A DNA stretch of 64,000 bases from Naegleria gruberi. Taxonomy: Eukaryota. This document shows, in pieces, positions 1 to 13,086 of the stretch. The stretch's first letter is position 1. Each line of letters starts with the position of its first letter. The stretch is taken from NCBI GenBank assembly GCA_000004985.1, contig GG738873.1; one strand, 5' to 3'. The notes under the pieces are model-generated. The model was not told the DNA's origin. It saw only the letters and a list, made by a program, of their open reading frames with translations, and searched no databases. Position numbers and translations under genes: made by a program.

Positions 1-3000
1 TTACCATTTCCATTGCAAACAAGTGGATCTTCTGATTTAACACCAAAACAAATTGGTAAGGAACAATTTGATCCATAATATCCTTCTCTACAAATACTGA
101 CATTGCTAAAAACAGGAGATCCAACCAACATTGTTTGCCCACAAGCATAAATGTCTTGACTATTTTTGCAATCAGGTGAGCTGGAGGTAAAATTCAAGCC
201 CTTACTTGCAATGTAATTAGTGGCATTGTTGGAAGCACAATTACCCTCTGGATCTGTACATGTTGACTTAATTAGTTCAGTTTGGCATTTAGACCCTACA
301 AACCCAACATTACACTCACAGATGTTTGGCTTTATACAAACACCATGTCCTGAACATACACCGGCATCATTGCTAACTATATTGAAACACATTGGAAGAG
401 AACAAGAAAGTCCTGAATAGTTAGAGTTACATATACAAACATCAAAGCCGTTACAAACACCATTTCCGTTACATACTTTTGTCGAATTCATGTGAATTCC
501 GTTACACTTGAAAGCACCTCCAATTGCAGCAATATTGGTAATTTCAGACTCTTGCATTCCGTAAACTCCAAAAATCATGAGCTCGTCTATGTAACCATGA
601 GAAGGAGAAAAACCAACAGAACTGTAGGTGTTTTGAGATTCGTTCACAGAAATGTAATCATCATAGTGTTCAAATATATAATCTGGAGTAGACTTTCCAT
701 CCAAGTACACTCTGGTACCTAAAGAGCTTGATTTAACAACCAAAATCTTGTACCATTTGTCTAAAGTTTCAATCATCGGTGTCAACAGCGTTTGCTCTTG
801 CACCAAATTTGTCTGGGTTCCATTTATATATAGTTTAGTTCCTTGTAAGTAAAGGAACCAGTTAGCAAGATTGTTGATTGAAATAATATGTTTAACAGTA
901 TTGTCTATACTGGTAAGGTAAATCTTGAAAGATATTGCAAAGTCATTCACTGTCCTTCTTGTTAAAGCACAAGGAACATTTGAATCTAACATTGATTTAT
1001 CATTTGCTGCAAGTTGATGAAGAGAAGTGTTTGTTTGTGAGGAAATTGCAAAACCCATAGAATAGGTTTCTTGTCCACAGGTGGACAGCTCTTCATAGGC
1101 AGCATTTGTATAGTTTGAATCAATTTGACAGTTGTGACCATGGAAGCCAGAATAACATAAACAAAAATTCTTATATTTACAACTTCCATGCCCACTACAA
1201 ACATTATGATCTTCCTGTTTAACTCCAAAACACATTGGCTTGCATCTATAGGTAACATTAGGGTCTTGATAATAGCCTTCTTCACATACTGTGATATTAT
1301 AAGTTGTATTTGCTGTTATGTGAGCATCAAGAATTAGCTGTTTACAAGCTGCACTGGGAGCGACAGAGGATAAACATTCTTGAACTGTTTGATCTACAAC
1401 AGTATCAGGTTTTACAAAGCCATTTGGAAACTCAATTGGATTATAAGCTCCAGTTTCGTTTATCACACTTAGGTTGTTATGGATAAAAAACGCTTGAGGA
1501 TCTACACTATCCACAGCAGTTCCATTTTCATTGTGAACATATAAAATTGCATTATTGATTTGACACTCCAATCCTGTGAAAGAAAGGTCACATTTGCATT
1601 CATCGGTACTATGACAATCACCATGGCCTGAACAAACAGAAACGTTAGTTGCCGAGACGTTGTGGCAAAAAGGAACTTGGCAATTATTACCTTCACTATA
1701 AACACACTCACATAAATCTCTACCTAAACATAATCCTTTTCCTGAACAAACAATTGGACTATCATATCTAATACCATTACAATACCAAAGAGAAGATATT
1801 TCTTCAGTCATATTATAGGAAAACCAAAGAAGTTCAATATAGCCTTCCAATGCCAAGTCGCCAACATAACTTTCACCCTTAGTGTTGGTAACAAGATCCT
1901 CAGTAATGGTAGTGTCATTAAAAATGACATTACTATCAATAGAAATAGTTAAACCTCGTTCTGATGATTTGGTAATTTGAAATTCGTATAAATGATTTGG
2001 TAAAATGAGAGAAAGGCCTAATATAATAGTTTTTGATTTGAGTGATCCTTGCTTAGTTTCAAATATTAAATCATTTCCATTAGTAGAAAGTTTCCAACCG
2101 GCAATGTTATTCAAGTCTAGCAAAGTTTGGTTTCCATCTAAGGTGAAAAATAACACCCTAACAGTAACTTGGAAATTATTGTAGAGAATGATATATGGTG
2201 AGTTAGTGTTACCACTTGCCAGTGTTGCCCTCAAGCAGCCCTTATTATCACTAGCCGATTGATAGTCTTTCAAATTGTACATTGCATCCAATCCTCGAAC
2301 CTCAGCACCTAACATATATTTGTTGTCGAATATATTACGCAAGCTGAACGATTCTCCGTATGTTGCGATTATGGATTCAAAAATAGTGTCTTTGATTGCG
2401 CAATTGGACCCACTGTATCCAAAATCACAAGTACAGTTATTAAGACCATCACATTGTCCGTGACCACTACAAACTTCAGAAGTGTTGCTACCTATTCCGA
2501 AACATGTTGTATTTTCGCATTTATCTCCAGAGTAACCATCTTTACATTCACACAAGCTTTCACCGATGCAAATGCCTCTATTGTTGCAAACTGTTGGGTT
2601 TTTATCTCCATGGCAACCCACAGCACTATAAAAACCTTTTTTGAGGTGATAATCCTGATAGTCAAAAAAGGCAATAGCAACATTGTCTACAAGTCCATTA
2701 AGGTAACTGTCACCTCTGATACTCATACCAATAGTAGAACTCTGTGTTTGGTTTTGTCTTTTGTTAAACTTTGAGGTAAAAGTAGAATTAATATACACGT
2801 CTGTTGTATTAGCAACAAGCTTCAACCCTTGAGACGAGCTTTTCACAAGGGCCAAATAGAAAGGATAAGTGCTGACACTATATTGTGAGACAATTACTGA
2901 GTCGTCATATAATTTTAGTTTCAAAATGTTGTCAGTGTCAACAAATAATTCCCATGTTGTATCATCATCGTTGAACACAATGGTTTGGCGAGAACCTAAT

Positions 3001-5983
3001 ACATTCATCTTAAGCCAAAAGGCAACAGAAAAATCATTCGAAAGGCTAGTGAACATGGAGTATCCTGAGAATACAGAGTAGGATTGGCCAGAAAGGAGCA
3101 AAGCACTCCCCCCACCAGGTAAAAAACTGTTGGTGTAGCTTGCATTGTAAAACACAGAAGTGAAGTTGTAATTCTTGTCTAAAAAGTACATTCTATTTGG
3201 GCCAGTTGAGATAGGATTATTAAAATCATAAAAAGTAATTTTAGATGGTGATCTTTGGGTTTCCTTTAGATACTTCAAATAAAAATCAGTTCTGGCAAAA
3301 GAGAAGGCACAAACAGAAAATTCTGCAGTAAGAAAATCTCCAACAGATTGACAAGGTACGGGGTCATTGGATGAGGAAGGCAATGTGCCACCTAGTGAGT
3401 AACCAGAACTAGATTGGCTATCATCGAATTGTTGAGAGCAACCACCCTGTAAGTTTAGTGGACAAATTGGCTTGGAACCATTCAAGTCCAACTCCAACAG
3501 TTTTTCACATTCTAAACCTTCATAGTTAGGGTTACAAGTACAATTATCGTAGTTAACACATTTACCTCTACCACTGCAAACATCAGAGCTGTTGCCATTA
3601 ATTCCGAAACAAGTGTATATGGGGAAATCGCAAACTGTAGCATGATATGGTTCAGAGCATCTGCACTCATCAGAACCAATACAAATACCATTGTAATTAC
3701 AGTACTTATCAGCTTCCATTTGTTCTATTCCTTGACATTGCCATTCTCGTTCAATATCTCTCAACACAATGGATGAAGAATTGAATTTCCAAATTATTAA
3801 CCTGTCCAGAACACCTTCGAAGAAATTACCTTTTGTTTGAGGGTTGACCCCAATTGTGGAGTTATCTGCCTCAATACTCGGATCTACCAATTTGTGAAAA
3901 TCTTCGACTCTTTTATAATCATAAATTGCAATTTTACCATTGACTTCAATCGTTAAGCCATCCAAAGAGCTCTTCTTGATGTAAATATCATAATCGCCAA
4001 TTTCATCATTTTTTGGAGGTATTGACTCAGATTTGTGAGTAATAATTTGTACCTGTGCATTATTTGCATTGTGGTTTGTTGATTGGAAAATAAACTCCCT
4101 CTTATTGGACATTAATAATCTCCAGTATGAACCATCAGAAACATGGATTATTTCGTGATATATTGTTTCAATAAATTGTGCCACCGTAGAAGATCTAATT
4201 TTAAGGTTCAACACAAAATTATTTCTTAAATGTCTGAAAGGAGAGTTATTGCCGGATATGTCAATGAAATTTTTTCCGTCTAGTTTGAGAAAACCACCAA
4301 TATCACTTTGCACATCTCCAACCATAGAAAAATTACAATTACCTCTTAATTCTCCCAAAGAATCGTTGTAAGGCAAGTATTTGCGATTGAACATCCACTT
4401 GAGAGTATAACTATCTCCAAATATTGTTTGGTTAACTGTAGTTGGGATGAGCAAGAAACTACAATTGTTACCATAATGGAGATTGTCACAGAGGCATGAA
4501 TCTGTGTCAACACAAGTACCAAATCCAGAGCAAACCGCTTGTTGGGTAGATTGTATTCCAAAACAAGTTGAAATTGAACAATCAGGTCCAAGGTATTGTG
4601 GAAGACATTCACACAAGTACTCCCCAACACATTCACCTCCTCTACACAAATCTGGGTTATTAACAAACAAAGAATTATGGCAACCATGACCTTTCCATTT
4701 CATCTTCGTTAGCAAACGGTTAATTGAGAGGTTATCAACCCCAGCATAAAAGAAAGCATAAAATTCATCAAGATATCCATGAAATTGACCAGACATAGAA
4801 TTTAAATCATAACCAATAGAGCTTCTTTGAGAATTAGAGGAACTGGGTCTAGTATTTGACGAAAAGGAACCAGTTATATCTACCCTTTGCAAACATTGTT
4901 TTCCATCGATGTAAATACGTAATCCAGTAACAGAAGATTTGGAAATAAAAACATGGCTAAAAGAGCTAGTTAGTTTCTCGACAGTGTCAAAACAACGTGA
5001 ACCACAAATTTCAACTCCATCAACGTTGACACAAAGCTCAGGACTTCCTTCTAACAGTTTAAGAATAAGGTTCCATTTTGTTACTGTATAGTTTACAGAT
5101 AAAATAAACTGATCTGTTGACAAATAAGATGTATCTGACAATTGTAACCAAAAACTCAATGTAAAGTTATTTTTCAGTTCAATAAATGGTGTTCTATCTA
5201 GAAGGATGTAGCTTTGGTCGGTTAAACCAAATTTGAAAGATCTTCCTTTTTTTACCACGTTAGACTCCAAATCAATACCATTTGATGCTAGTTGGAGTGG
5301 TTTGGTTTTTTCTCTAACGAACTGAACTCCTCCAATATTGGTAAGGTTGTCAAAATTAAAATACATTTCATAATCAGCATCTACATCATAGCTGATATCG
5401 TCTTGTAATTCTGTACATTGAGGATTGCTAAGTATTTCACTTGTTGTTGAACAAATAGGTGATTGGTAAGAGTATTGAGATGTCCCTAAAGTTGCGATTA
5501 CGCTTGAACTAGAGGAAGACAAAGGGCAATTGCCTAGTAAATCTTTTTGGCAAGTACTTGCAGTCGATTGCAGAAGAGACTCACAAAACACACCTGAAAA
5601 GCCAGGATTGCACTGACAAATTTCAGGACCAATACAAACACCATTGCCACTGCAAACACCGGGAGCACCTTCAGACATTCCACCACATACAATAGTTTCG
5701 CAATTTGTATTGGCGAAGCCTGGGGAACAACTACATAAATCTTCACCAATACAAACACCGTTACCGGAGCAGGCATTAACAAGATCCGATGAATGAACAC
5801 CAAAACAACTGAAGGAGCTAACTTGGCATGTACAATAAATCAAGAAAAGAAAGACTATAAATACAAATCTTATTGCACAAATATTTCTAGTAGATAAAAA
5901 GCGGAATAGATGTGGTGTTGTTGGGCAAAGATCATCACCCTTGGCACCACAACAAAAACCTGTATTCCTCATATCATTCATTT
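1..5983 (-). CDS. Giant intronless extracellular protein. A signal/anchor N-terminus is followed by about 8 EGF-like modules alternating with about 200-250-aa LamG/ConA-like lectin-fold domains. It is partial: the C-terminus lies beyond the window start.
   Basis: Hand translation of the minus strand from the ATG (RC of 5981-5983) gives MNDMRNTGFCCG..., a hydrophobic stretch FVFIVFLFLIYC, then repeated CSG(N/H)GxCxGxxxCxCxxGFxGxxC EGF signatures. The frame stays open for about 5.98 kb to coordinate 1. It is absent from the ORF track only because no stop falls inside the window. The intervening domains repeat F-x-[LV]-x-FW-[LI]-[KQ] ... W-x-L jelly-roll-like motifs. The 3' end (1-103) is near-identical to 46958-47060 of the paralog at 46367-47288. 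Confidence 0.75.
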
Positions 5984-6141
5984 TTTGTTGTGAAGGAAGC
6001 AAAGTTTGCAAACAACAGCTTGATTTACGCCGTAAATAAACTGTAGAGATACAGTAAACCTGTACAGCCACAGTAAAAGGGGTAACACCAGAGTGATTTA
6101 TTACATACAGAAAGAAAATACATCAAGCGTGTTCCGGTAGA

Positions 6142-8976
6142 ATGGCAAGAAACAATTTTTTTATTGCAATACTGGCTGTTTTTATTTTAGGATTAATTAC
6201 AGGTAGGTAGTAAAATCAACAAGAAGATGTAACACGGACTAGTTAATCTTTGTACCAATATTGTTAATGCTCAGGATGAAAATTCAGCAACAACAGAACA
6301 AGTGCAAAACCTTAAAGCTCAAAAACTTCTTCAAAATGATTTTTTAGAAGTGTTGAGCGTATTGCAAAAGCAGCAATCTGACCTCTCAGACGCAAACACC
6401 AAGAAGAAGCTGTTGGATACAAAGGAAGCTATTGAAATTTCTGGTCCATACCTGGCTGCTCTCAACATTACCTCGGATCAATTTACAACCATGCTAGCCA
6501 ATAAGCAAACTCAATTGCAAAGTGTAATGAGCTTGGAATTGGAGTTGAAGAATTTGATATCATTGACCCAAAACTCTGCTAATATTGTTGGTGATAACAT
6601 CAAAAATTTTGTAGCTGTAAGTATTAATTGTTTGTCTTTTATATTTAACATTAGCAGTTGTTCACAAAAAAAGCCTACACTGTGGATCAGTATCAAAATA
6701 CAACAAAAGAGGTACATAGATATGATCTTAATATTACCCAAGTTGATGCAATTGTTCCAAACTATCTAACTGCTTACCCAGTGAGAAGAATTAGAAATCG
6801 TATTTCAGTCGGTTTTCAACACGTGTTAGTACTAAACCAAAATGGGAAGTTGTACTCTACAGGTATTCCTTCTTATGGAAATCTGGGAAGAACCAACACT
6901 GATTCAAGAATGTTATATAACTTGCCTGTTCAAGGATTGGATGGTCTTGATATCCTTCAATTTGATGCCAATTATTACTCAAACCTTGTTTTAACCAATG
7001 ATGGAGTTTATTCATTTGGGTTGAATGACAAATCACAGATGGGAACTGGAGATAGAAATGACAGATATGTCGCTGGAAAGGTTTACGGATTTGGTGGACA
7101 AAATATTGTTCAAATAGCCATGGGACGCCAAGCATCCTATGCCATTGATTCCAACGGCAAGTTATGGGCCTGGGGTGACAATACCATGTACGGTCAATTG
7201 GGAGACAGAACCTTTTCTGAAAAGAATCGTCCTTTCCCAGTTTACAGCTATGGCGCTATTAACAGCACGGCTGTGGTTAGGGTTTGTGGGGGTGGTTACT
7301 TTGCTCTTGCCTTACTTGCAAATGGAAATATGGTTTCGTTTGGTGATAATTCATATGGACAGCTAGGTGTTAATAACCCATTAATTTCAAAATCGGGAGA
7401 ACCATTGTTGGTGGTTAAACCTTCAGAACTAGCCTCAAAGACAATTGTTGACATTCAATGTGGTTATGATTATGCAATGGCCCTTACATCATCAGGTGAT
7501 GTATATACTTGGGGAAACAACAATTACGGCCAATTGGGTGATGGAAGTTCTGGAGGTAAATCCCCAATTCCACAAAAGATCACAATTTCTGGCTGTACAG
7601 TATCCCAAATCCACACAAAATACCAAAGCTCATTTGCTTTGTGTACAAGCAACGAACTGTATTCATGGGGAATGAACTCTGTTGGCCAACTTGGAAGAAC
7701 TAGTAACCAAATACCAACAACTACCCCAACCAGAGTTGATCCTTCGTCGTTCTTGTCCAGCACTGATGACTATTTGGGCTTCCCCAAAATTATTGAGATA
7801 TCCTCCAATTTTAACAACATGTTCCTTACCACATCTGATTTGAGTATTTATGGAACCGGATCATGTATTGATGGTTCTAAACAGCAATTTGCCTTCTTCT
7901 ACACTACAAGATCCAGTGATTATGGGGCTTGCACTAGTTCCAATATTTTCTCCTTGAATTCAATGTCAAAGATGCCAACTTTCTCTTCTATTAGTTATCC
8001 AGTATCCCTTAGAAAGGCCCAATATTTTGAGATTGGAACAAGAGCCTACCTCCTTCAAACAGATACAGTAGTTCCAACCAGACCTAATAATGGCTTTAAT
8101 ATGTATTATAAGCAATTTGCTGATCCAGAAAACTCTTGGTCTATTATCGAACGAAATGAAGCCACCAACGCAGGTTTTCCTGTATCAATTTACAACAGCC
8201 ACTTCCTTAAAGCTGATGAATATGTCTACTTCTTTGGTGGTTTCATCAATGACGAAGTTTCAAATAAGATTTACAGGGCTCCAATTTATGATGTTGAATC
8301 TGGATGGGAACTCTGTAATTTTACTCTACCATATTCTGTTGCAAGTGGTATGACAACAGTTATTAATGGATACATTTATATTTTTGGTGGTATAACCAAG
8401 ATCTATTCCTACAATGGCGGTGAACTTCCAACTCTTTCTCCAACAGTTACAAACCAAATAATTAGAGCCCCAATTAATAATTTGACAAATTGGATGGTTG
8501 TTTCAGGAAAGGTATTGCCATCCGCTATACACAGTGCTTCCATTACAATTATTGACAAGTATGTCTATTTATTTGGAGGTTCCCCATCTTATTACTCTTC
8601 CAGCCAAGAAGTTTACAGAGCTTTGATTACTGATCCTTCATCTTGGGAAATGACTTTTGGTTTACTTCCATTCTTTGTAACAAATGGTGCTTTTATCTCA
8701 ACTGGTAATGAATTGTTAATGGTTGGAGGCACAGCTTCTGGCAGTTTAGTGAATGGAGGATTTATGGCGATTTCAAAGAAGTCACAATTTGACCCAGTCG
8801 GCTCATGGATGGCTAGTGATGTATTCTTACCTTCAAATGCTGCCCAATCTCTCATTACAGTGATTAGAAACGACACAGTATTGCTCTACGGAACTGAATT
8901 GCACCGTAGTACTTCTTACACTCCCCACTCACCAAAAATTGGAAGAGTTTTGAAGCTTGCACTCGATCTGTACTAA
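6142..8976 (+). CDS. Secreted RCC1-repeat + Kelch-repeat double-propeller protein, family member 1. Exons: 6142..6202, 6243..6616, 6655..8976.
   Basis: Exon 1 encodes MARNNFFIAILAVFILGLIT and the signal ends ...IVNA|QDEN. The introns are gtaggt...ag (40 nt) and gtaagt...ttag (38 nt). There are about seven RCC1 blades, for example YSWGMNSVGQLG and WAWGDNTMYGQLGD. These are followed by Kelch blades, for example YVYFFGGFIND, YIYIFGG and YVYLFGGSP. Stop is TAA at 8974-8976. Confidence 0.8.
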
Positions 8977-9451
8977 AAGTTGTATTTGTAAAATAAAAAA
9001 TAAATTCTGTTGGATTTTTAGTGAGATCTGTGAGTTTCTCGAGCTTCAATTAGAACTCAAACTCTTGGTCTTCTTTTTATTGTTTGAAACCATGCACCTA
9101 AATTGAAATTGTGGCTCTTCCCAAACATTTACAGACCTGACTGATAACTTGTCAGTAAGAGGGGAAGCAAGAGCAGAATCAATAGAAGCAGCATCAGATT
9201 TTCAAAGACGATGGTTCAATACTGATCCTGGGTTATGTTCTATCTGGTCACAAGACAGATAAATTTCTATTGACAAGAAACTCATATTGATCCTTACAGA
9301 GGAGATAATAAATATTGTTAGATTCTGTAAAAGTGTTTGGATTTTATTTGAACAATTTACTCTGTTAGTCTTTCATAGAAAATAGCTCAAAAGTGAAATA
9401 AGCCCTTTTCACTGCAGCTTTTCACTGTTATACATTCTTTGTTCTTGCGCA

Positions 9452-12363
9452 TTAATTTTGGGAAATTACAATAGTTGATATATGAGAGTGTAATCCTTCC
9501 ACTGTTGTGATAATGGATGAAGTTGAATTTGCAGCTGCTGTAATTACTGATACAATGTAACCAACAAGCGGTAACTTTAAATCAATAACTATCCATTTTG
9601 AAGGATCATTTTTAAAACAAGCTAATACATTAGTTGAATTTCCTTCATAATCCTTTCCTCCCCAGATGAAATAATTATCGTTATCACTTGAAATTTTAGC
9701 TTCCACTCTGCTGTATGGAAGAACTTCATATAAATTCTTCCATTTCCAGTCTGCGAGTGATGCTACATGTATATCACCCACAGATTGAACTCTGTTCACT
9801 CTTCCTCCAAAGAAGTACATAGTTTTATCAATTATCTCAATAAATACATTGTAAACCGATCTTGGTAAAACTTGGTTCACAACTTCCCACAACAGCACAT
9901 TGCTAATTTTTGCTCTCATAATCTTTGCTGTTGGTACTCCTTTTGCAATCATTCCACCAAATATATAGACATATTCCTCAATCATTTTAAGTACACCATT
10001 AGCAACTGGATATGGTAATGTTTCATTATAGATTGTAACTTGGTTAAAAGATTGCTTTGAAATAATTCTATTTGAAAAGGTGCCATTCACAATACCCCCA
10101 AAATAAAAAGTCAATCCATCAAATGCAAGTTGGTGAGTGCTAAAGAATGACTTGGCAAAAAACTTTGGGTCAATTGAAAAATTGAAAGTGGGGCTAGAAA
10201 AATAAAAGGAACTAGCTAAAATGACAGAGCTAGAGTTGGAGCTTGACAACGACTTAGTGTAAATTGGTATTTTTGTGAAACTAACTAAATCAAAACCAGT
10301 ATTAGGAATTGGATGATCCATAACTATCACTCTCTTCTCTTCATCTTCATATATTGGAAGAGTTCTTTCTTCTACTGGAAAATAATTAAAAGATCCCATC
10401 ATCATTACACCTGCCATGTAATTTTGCTCATTAATGAACCCACTTGGAAAAGGTGTCACTTTAAAATAACCACCAACCATAATGCCAATTTGCCCATTAT
10501 AGGAATAAACTACTAGAGAAGAATCAGTAGATATTTGAACATCCAATAAATCTTCATATGCTGTTTCGTGAATTTGTACAAATCTTGGTTGCCTAATATC
10601 TCCACAACAAGGAACTTCGTACGATACTGACTTGATGCAAGCTGCTGGTTTTTCACAAGTGCTAATTGTATAACCAACAAATACAGGGTGAGCAGAAACA
10701 GAACAAGTGCCTGAAGACAACAATTGGCTTATTTCTGCTGCTCTCTCTGGAAGAATTCCACTCTCATATAGCCTATTTTCACCAGTAAATACGATATCCA
10801 CATTATGGGCAGGAGCCCACTCTTCACAAGCATGTTCAATGCAAATGGCTGTCAGTACTCCAGTTGCACACTGACACTTTTTCTTAGTGTTAACTCCCCA
10901 AGAAACCACTCTATTGTCAGTGGTAATGGCGTTCACAAGACCACCTCTGTGTCCAATTTTTTCAAATTTAACATCTCCAATGAACTGCCTACTAACTGGA
11001 ACGGGGGAGGGTGATGATGTTTCATCATCAGTTCCAACACAAGGATCATACCTTCCCCAAGCATAAATATTTCCATTTGACAACAAAGCTACAGTTGTTT
11101 CAGTTCCACATTGAATATCTTTTACAAAAACTCCTTCAATCCAGTCTGGAAAGCTGCTCCTAGAGATTGGTGTTGGTGATACACTGGATGCAGATCCCTA
11201 AAAGAAAACAGTAATTAATAATATGTCAAATATTGTACTCACCCAAGTATAAATGTTACCATCATAACCAATTCCAAAGGCATCTTTATCTTGTAAGCAC
11301 ACTTTTTCCATTCTAATATTTGAATTCATTCTTGTTGGCTTTTCAACATTGATATTGTCATTGTTTCCAATTATTGGGCCACCTATTCCCCATATAAAAA
11401 CGTACCCAGAATTATCTATAGCTACTGAATTAATTGCTGCATTCATGTATGCAAAAGTGTTATCATGATAAAGTATTGTAAGTGGTAAGGAAATAAATTT
11501 GTTTGTTCCTGAAGGAGGAGGTATGCCCAATCTTCCATCTGAGTTTTCTCCCTTTCAAAAATTTAGATAGATATAAAATATTGACAACCTACCCAACCAA
11601 TGATTCGTTTGTTGGTCAACACCATTGCATGAACTTTTCCACATACTAGTTGTTTGATGAATTCTCCATCTACAAGTCCTAAATTAACAGCAGCTGGTTC
11701 TATAGTTGGTGGTGAGCCCGGTCTTCCAAGAGGAACAGTCAGACTATATTCATATCCAAATGACATAAGCTGCCCACTTGAAAGATCAATGTACATTCCA
11801 TACTGATCTCCAAGGCATATGAATGTTCTTTCAGAAATAAATTTTCCACGTACTTCTCTTGAAATGCTGACTTTGTTCTTTCGTATGGATGTAGAGTTCA
11901 TTTTCTCCCTTGCAAAATAAGGGGATTTAAAGGCTTCTTGCAATGTTGTTAGGTTTTTTACAAATCGTTGTTCTATACTGTTCCACTTTTCTTGAGCAAT
12001 TTTGTTCATGCACTTTGTTTCCTTCAGCGAATGGAAAAAGGATTGCCTCCTTTGCAAAGTTTGCTTAAATGCATACATGTTTCTATTATTTGTTTCTCCC
12101 AAACTAATTATTTTCATTTCATGATCAACTTGTTTCAATTGAGCTTCTACTTCATTAATATATTCAAACATTGTTCCATTTAATTGATTAACTTTCTCTC
12201 TGTGGGCTTTTGCATTCATTAGGGCTTCAAGATAGATCTCCGAAGACATTTTGGTGTTTGTTGTTAGTGTTGCATTCATTACATTTGTTGAGTTGAGAGC
12301 CACAACTTGCAAACAACATCCCACAGTCAGGAAAAACAAAAGAACAACACTCCAACCACCCAT
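9452..12363 (-). CDS. Secreted RCC1-repeat + Kelch-repeat protein, family member 2. Exons (minus strand): 12363..11592, 11550..11243, 11197..9452.
   Basis: The signal peptide is MGGWSVVLLFFLTVGCCLQVVA, followed by a coiled-coil-like stalk carrying NxT sites. Intron 1 is gtaggt...aaag (RC at 11591-11551). Intron 2 is gtgagt...tttag (RC at 11242-11198). RCC1 motifs include GENSDGRLG and YAWGRYDPCVG. Kelch motifs include YVYIFGGMIA, MYFFGGRVN and YFIWGGKDY. This paralog has a unique Cys-rich insert between the propellers (CQCATGVLTAICIEHACEEW...CEKPAACIKSVSYEVPCCGD). Confidence 0.75.
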
Positions 12364-12691
12364 GTGTTTTCAATGCGTTTTTTAATTATTAATATTGGAG
12401 AGATATGCAACCTCCTGACTAAACACTTGAACATTTCACCTCTTTAAGGGCGGCTTGACTTTTACTGTAACCAAAAGTTGCTGTTGTATTACCTCTTCTG
12501 CTGTCTGCAATTGGCACTGATAATACGGTATTTTAAATGAATAATGGGTGCCCTAGAGTAAGGTAATACACAAATTTTAAAGGAGCCAAAGTTCTCCAAC
12601 ATGCAAAAAGTTCAATGGTTTGGACAGAGAGCAACTTGTCTAACAAATAAACATGTACAGAATATTTGATGGGTTTTGTCTATTAAGCTTA

Positions 12692-13086
12692 CAGCACGTT
12701 TACTTCAAATTTGACTCGTTTTATGAAAGAAAATAAATTATTTAGAAAAAATTTTGATGTTCTTCTGCTGTCAAATCCAAAATAAGCATTTCAATAGAAC
12801 AACACCTAACCACTCGTTCTTACTCATTTCTACATATTTTTGAGAATGCTGCCACCCCAAGGGGTATGTCAATGCGAGGATTCATAATTTGAAGTCAGAT
12901 TTCAAAACTACCTTAATTCCATCGAGAATTTAGCATTTTGTTGAATAAAATATTATCGTTACAGATTCTTTTCAAATGGAGTTGAGTTTACTTGCCAAAT
13001 CAAAATTGAAAGATGAAATACTGTTAATTTTAAAAAAAACAATTTTAATTTCCCCAAATCTTGTCAAACTTGAAGTAAACGTGCTG
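12692..13086. mobile_element. Stowaway/Tc1-mariner-like MITE, about 395 bp, non-coding.
   Basis: It has 24-bp terminal inverted repeats. The left one is cagcacgtttacttcaaatttgac (12692-12715). The right one is gtcaaacttgaagtaaacgtgctg (13063-13086). They match at 23 of 24 positions. It is flanked by TA/TA (12690-91 and 13087-88). The interior is AT-rich and has no ORF. Confidence 0.6.

Noticed and set aside
492-5803. Plus- and minus-strand ORF-track entries (e.g. 492-722, 986-1285, 2454-2774, 4346-4687, 5534-5803) inside the EGF-giant gene.
   Set aside because: They lie in wrong frames or on the antisense strand of a continuous 5.98-kb minus-strand ORF with clear EGF signatures. They are by-products of a long coding region.
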